DNA of 28,700 nucleotides from an uncultured Verrucomicrobiaceae bacterium (GTDB lineage Bacteria; Verrucomicrobiota; Verrucomicrobiia; Verrucomicrobiales; Verrucomicrobiaceae): NCBI GenBank assembly GCA_964496625.1, contig CAZCAL010000002.1, positions 1 to 28,700 of the forward strand, read 5' to 3'. Shown piece by piece: positions 25,730 to 28,700 of this stretch (position 1 is its first letter; each line of letters starts with the position of its first letter). The notes under the pieces were generated by a model. It saw only the letters and a program-made list of their open reading frames with translations, ran no database searches and was not told where the DNA came from. The position numbers and the translations under genes were made by a program.

Positions 25730-27211
25730 ATGGAAGCAACCGCTACAGCTCCCGCACACCCCGCAGCCGATGGCGCTCCACGCATTCTGGAGCGCGAACC
25801 GCTGGTGCTCAACAACCGGTCCTACTCATGGATCACCAACCGCATCTGCGGGATCGTGGAAAACAAGCAGCCTGGCCTCTGGTGGCTACTGTTTGTGCCC
25901 TCCGTGATCCTCACGGGTGTGATGGCGTTTTGCTTCATCTATCTGATCTCCACTGGCGTCGGTGTCTGGGGTCAAAAACAACCCGTCGCCTGGGCCTGGG
26001 ACATCACGAACTTCGTGTTTTGGATCGGTATCGGCCACGCGGGCACACTGATCTCCGCCGTTCTTTTCCTCACTCGCCAGAAGTGGCGCACCTCCGTTAA
26101 CCGCGCTGCAGAGGCAATGACCTTGTTCGCCGTGATGTGCGCCGGCCTCTTTCCGGCCTTCCACGTTGGCCGTGTGTGGATGGTTTGGTTCCTCGCTCCA
26201 ATTCCGAATGCGAATGCCATCTGGCAGAACTTCAAGTCCCCGTTGCTCTGGGACGTTTTCGCGGTTTCGACCTACTTCACCGTCTCCGTTATTTTTTGGT
26301 ACATCGGTTTGGTCCCCGACCTCGCTACCCTGCGGGATCGTTGCAAGCCCGGCCTGAAAAAGCTCCTTTACGGGATGTTTGCCCTCGGCTGGCGCGGTGC
26401 AAACCGCCATTGGAGCCACTACGAAACGGCCTACATGCTCTTGGCTGCTCTTTCCACTCCGCTGGTGTTGTCTGTGCACTCCGTGGTGTCCTTCGACTTC
26501 GCCACCTCTGTCGTTCCTGGCTGGCACACCACGATCTTCCCGCCCTACTTCGTCGCGGGTGCGATCTTTGGTGGGTTTGCCATGGTGCTCACGCTCATGA
26601 TCCCAGCCCGAAAGATCTCTGGGCTCCAAGACCTGATCACGCCGAAGCACATCGATAACATGGCGAAGATCATCTTGCTCACCGGAACCATCGTTGGTTA
26701 CGCCTACAGCATGGAGTTCTTCATGGCCTATTACGGTGCCAATAAATTCGAGCTTCAGACTTTCCAACTGCGCGGCCTCTACGGTCCTTCCACTTGGGCT
26801 TACTACTTCATGTTCGGCTTTAACGTCTTCGCCCCCCAGCTCTTCTGGATCCGCTGGTGCCGACACAATATGTGGATGGTGATGTTTGTCTGCATGTGTG
26901 TGAACGCCGGCATGTGGTTTGAGCGCTATGTGATTATCGCTACAACCCTTGAGCGTCACCTCACCCCTGGCTCATGGCGCACTTATGAGGCTACCTGGGT
27001 CGATAAGGTCACCTTTTTGGGAACCTTTGGTTTCTTCATGATGCTGTTCCTTTTGTTCCTGCGCTTCCTCCCTGTCATCGCCATCGGCGAAGTGAAGGGT
27101 GTGCTGCCGCAATCTAACCCGCACCAAGACGATCATCCTGAGAAGGGAGTCCAAGAGGAAGACCTCATGGACTACGCAGATCGGCATGTGCCAAAAACAG
27201 TCAACGCCTAG
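25730..27211 (+). CDS. actC: Alternative complex III quinol-binding subunit C (NrfD/PsrC family)
   Basis: [81 protein letters not shown]. Confidence 0.97.
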   Translation: MEATATAPAHPAADGAPRILEREPLVLNNRSYSWITNRICGIVENKQPGLWWLLFVPSVILTGVMAFCFIYLISTGVGVWGQKQPVAWAWDITNFVFWIGIGHAGTLISAVLFLTRQKWRTSVNRAAEAMTLFAVMCAGLFPAFHVGRVWMVWFLAPIPNANAIWQNFKSPLLWDVFAVSTYFTVSVIFWYIGLVPDLATLRDRCKPGLKKLLYGMFALGWRGANRHWSHYETAYMLLAALSTPLVLSVHSVVSFDFATSVVPGWHTTIFPPYFVAGAIFGGFAMVLTLMIPARKISGLQDLITPKHIDNMAKIILLTGTIVGYAYSMEFFMAYYGANKFELQTFQLRGLYGPSTWAYYFMFGFNVFAPQLFWIRWCRHNMWMVMFVCMCVNAGMWFERYVIIATTLERHLTPGSWRTYEATWVDKVTFLGTFGFFMMLFLLFLRFLPVIAIGEVKGVLPQSNPHQDDHPEKGVQEEDLMDYADRHVPKTVNA

Positions 27212-27235
27212 CCCTTTTCCCCTGGAGATCCGACT

Positions 27236-27790
27236 GTGAGCACTACCCTCAAAAGAGTACACGGCTACCTCGCTGAATTCGACAGCGTGAAGGAGCTGTA
27301 TCATGCCGCTGAAAAAGTCAACGAAGCTGGCTACAAGCGCTGGGACGTCCACTCCCCATTCCCGATCCATGGCATGGATCACGCGATGGGTATGACACGC
27401 TCCAAGCTGCCGTGGCTGGTGTTCTTTGGCGGCGCCGCCGGCACCACGACTGCCTTCCTGCTGCAATACATCACTCAGGTAGCCCTGTATCCGACCATCG
27501 TGCAGGCAAAACCTGCATCGATCTTCTCCTTGCCAGCTTGGTTCCCGGTCATGTTCGAACTGACGGTTCTTTTCGCCGCCTTCACCACTCTGTTTGGATT
27601 GTTGGCGCTGATCGGTCTGCCAAGACTTAACCACCCGCTGTTCGCCTCCAAGCGCTTCCCCAAATTCTCTGACGACGGCTTCTTTGTTTGCATTGAGGCT
27701 CGCGATCCCAAGTTCTCCCAGGCGGACACCAAGTCCTTCCTTGAGGGACTCGGCGGTAAGAACATCGAACTCGTGGAGGACGAGATCTAA
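27236..27790 (+). CDS. actD: Alternative complex III subunit D (DUF3341)
   Basis: HSPFPIHGMDHAMG, two TM helices, PVMFELTVLFAA, F-x-K-x-SDDGFF. GTG start. Confidence 0.93.
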   Translation: MSTTLKRVHGYLAEFDSVKELYHAAEKVNEAGYKRWDVHSPFPIHGMDHAMGMTRSKLPWLVFFGGAAGTTTAFLLQYITQVALYPTIVQAKPASIFSLPAWFPVMFELTVLFAAFTTLFGLLALIGLPRLNHPLFASKRFPKFSDDGFFVCIEARDPKFSQADTKSFLEGLGGKNIELVEDEI

Positions 27791-27816
27791 CCGGAGCAAT
27801 CCCTGCGCATTCCGCC

Positions 27817-28479
27817 ATGAAGTACTTCTTCCTCTCCTACATCTTCGTCGCTGCCATTATTGTCAGCGCGGCTGGCTTTCGCGGCACCAAGTCGCTGCAG
27901 CCACCTATTGAGATCTTTCCCGACATGGACAATCAGGCCAAGGTGAAAGCCCAAGCCCACAGCGACTTCTTCGCTGACGGTGCGGGTGGTCGCCCGCCTG
28001 TCCACGGTACTGTTCCCATGGGCTATGAGATCCCGGCCAAGCCTTCCACCGAGAAAGCAGCCCCTCCAGCCTTCGGCTTCAGCCACGGCTCGGACTACTA
28101 TAACACAGGGAAATTTGGTGACTTCTACGGCGAAGGATTTCCCGAAGAGGTCGCGCCAGATGCAGCGCTGATCGCTCGCGGTCAAGAACGCTACAACATC
28201 AACTGCGCCGTCTGCCATGGCCTCGCTGGCAATGGGAAGGGGATCACCTCGAAGTATGGAATTCTCAATGCATTTAACTTCCATCAACCGGGCAGCACCG
28301 ACCCAAGCAATGCGGCCACCTACCGCGCGAATGGTTCCATTTTCGACACGATCACCAACGGCAGAGGCTTGATGGGTTCCTATGGAGCCAACATTCCTGT
28401 GCGTGATCGCTGGGCCATCGTGGCCTACATCCGCACGCTGCAGGCCGCAGTGAAAGAAGGCAACGTCACGATCCCGTAA
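27817..28479 (+). CDS. actE: Alternative complex III monohaem cytochrome c subunit E
   Basis: FPDMDNQAK, RPPVHGTVP, RGQERYNINCAVCHG, ITNGRGLMGSY, DRWAIVAYIR. Confidence 0.93.
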   Translation: MKYFFLSYIFVAAIIVSAAGFRGTKSLQPPIEIFPDMDNQAKVKAQAHSDFFADGAGGRPPVHGTVPMGYEIPAKPSTEKAAPPAFGFSHGSDYYNTGKFGDFYGEGFPEEVAPDAALIARGQERYNINCAVCHGLAGNGKGITSKYGILNAFNFHQPGSTDPSNAATYRANGSIFDTITNGRGLMGSYGANIPVRDRWAIVAYIRTLQAAVKEGNVTIP

Positions 28480-28497
28480 CCGCAACGATTTCCAGGC

Positions 28498-28700
28498 ATG
28501 AGTCACCACGTTACCTTCAAAGATCTGCCCGAGGGCGGAGAAAAATTTGATCCAGCCAAGGGTTCCAAACTCATTGGTGCCTTCGCCGTCATCGGTGGGT
28601 TGGGTCTCGCAGGCTCCATTTATGGGTTTGCTGCGCACTCAGATACTTTCTCTTACAGCTGGTTGTTTGCCATCTTCTTCGCCTTCACGGTGATGGTGGG
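28498..28700 (+). CDS. actF: Alternative complex III subunit F, partial (runs off the right edge)
   Basis: Manual translation MSHHVTFKDLPEGGEKFDPAKGSKLIGAFAVIGGLGLAGSIYGFAAHSDTFSYSWLFAIFFAFTVMVG: hydrophobic, open to the end, and in the canonical position after actE. Confidence 0.8.
   Translation, partial: MSHHVTFKDLPEGGEKFDPAKGSKLIGAFAVIGGLGLAGSIYGFAAHSDTFSYSWLFAIFFAFTVMV

Noticed and set aside
24207-28638. Long minus-strand ORFs (24207-25115, 25122-25727, 25886-26959, 26972-27799, 27787-28638)
   Set aside because: They are antisense to well-supported act genes, as expected from GC-rich codon bias.
1-28700. CRISPR arrays, tRNA/rRNA genes, transposases, integrases
   Set aside because: I saw no regularly spaced repeats, cloverleaf motifs or DDE/tyrosine recombinase signatures by eye. 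tRNAscan-SE, cmscan and ISEScan would be needed to exclude divergent cases.

Overview
A GC-rich bacterial window, most likely Verrucomicrobiota (Verrucomicrobiaceae-like). That assignment is inferred from a PEP-CTERM protein, a TIGR02597-like domain, W-x3-DP-x2-A-x2-W repeat and C-terminal beta-domain surface proteins, and pyrimidine-rich leaders lacking Shine-Dalgarno motifs. All family assignments come from motif recognition by eye; no database searches were run. Left to right: a decayed DUF4062-type gene running off the left edge and an orphan FN3 fragment; a membrane-anchored helical-repeat protein; a tight minus-strand run (PilT/PilU ATPase, PilT ATPase, membrane-anchored HNH-like protein, CocE/NonD hydrolase, Tat-exported lactonase); a divergent di-haem oxidoreductase fused to a TIGR02597-like domain, followed by a PEP-CTERM gene; a large Ig/InlB-repeat surface protein; rplU-rpmA with a clear terminator; an M20 amidohydrolase; alkA, DUF485 and actP; a standalone lower-GC gene fusing a transglutaminase-like Cys-His-Asp domain to a Het-C/phospholipase C/P1-nuclease-like Zn domain; and an alternative complex III operon (actABCDE plus the start of actF) preceded by a palindrome matching the Rex/CRP consensus just downstream of a sigma70-like promoter. 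The best candidates for undescribed biology are the protease-Zn hydrolase fusion (19985-21424), the haem enzyme-TIGR02597 fusion with its PEP-CTERM neighbour (8838-12288), and the pilT pair coupled to an HNH-like membrane protein (5806-8633). I recognised no tRNA, rRNA, CRISPR array or transposase.
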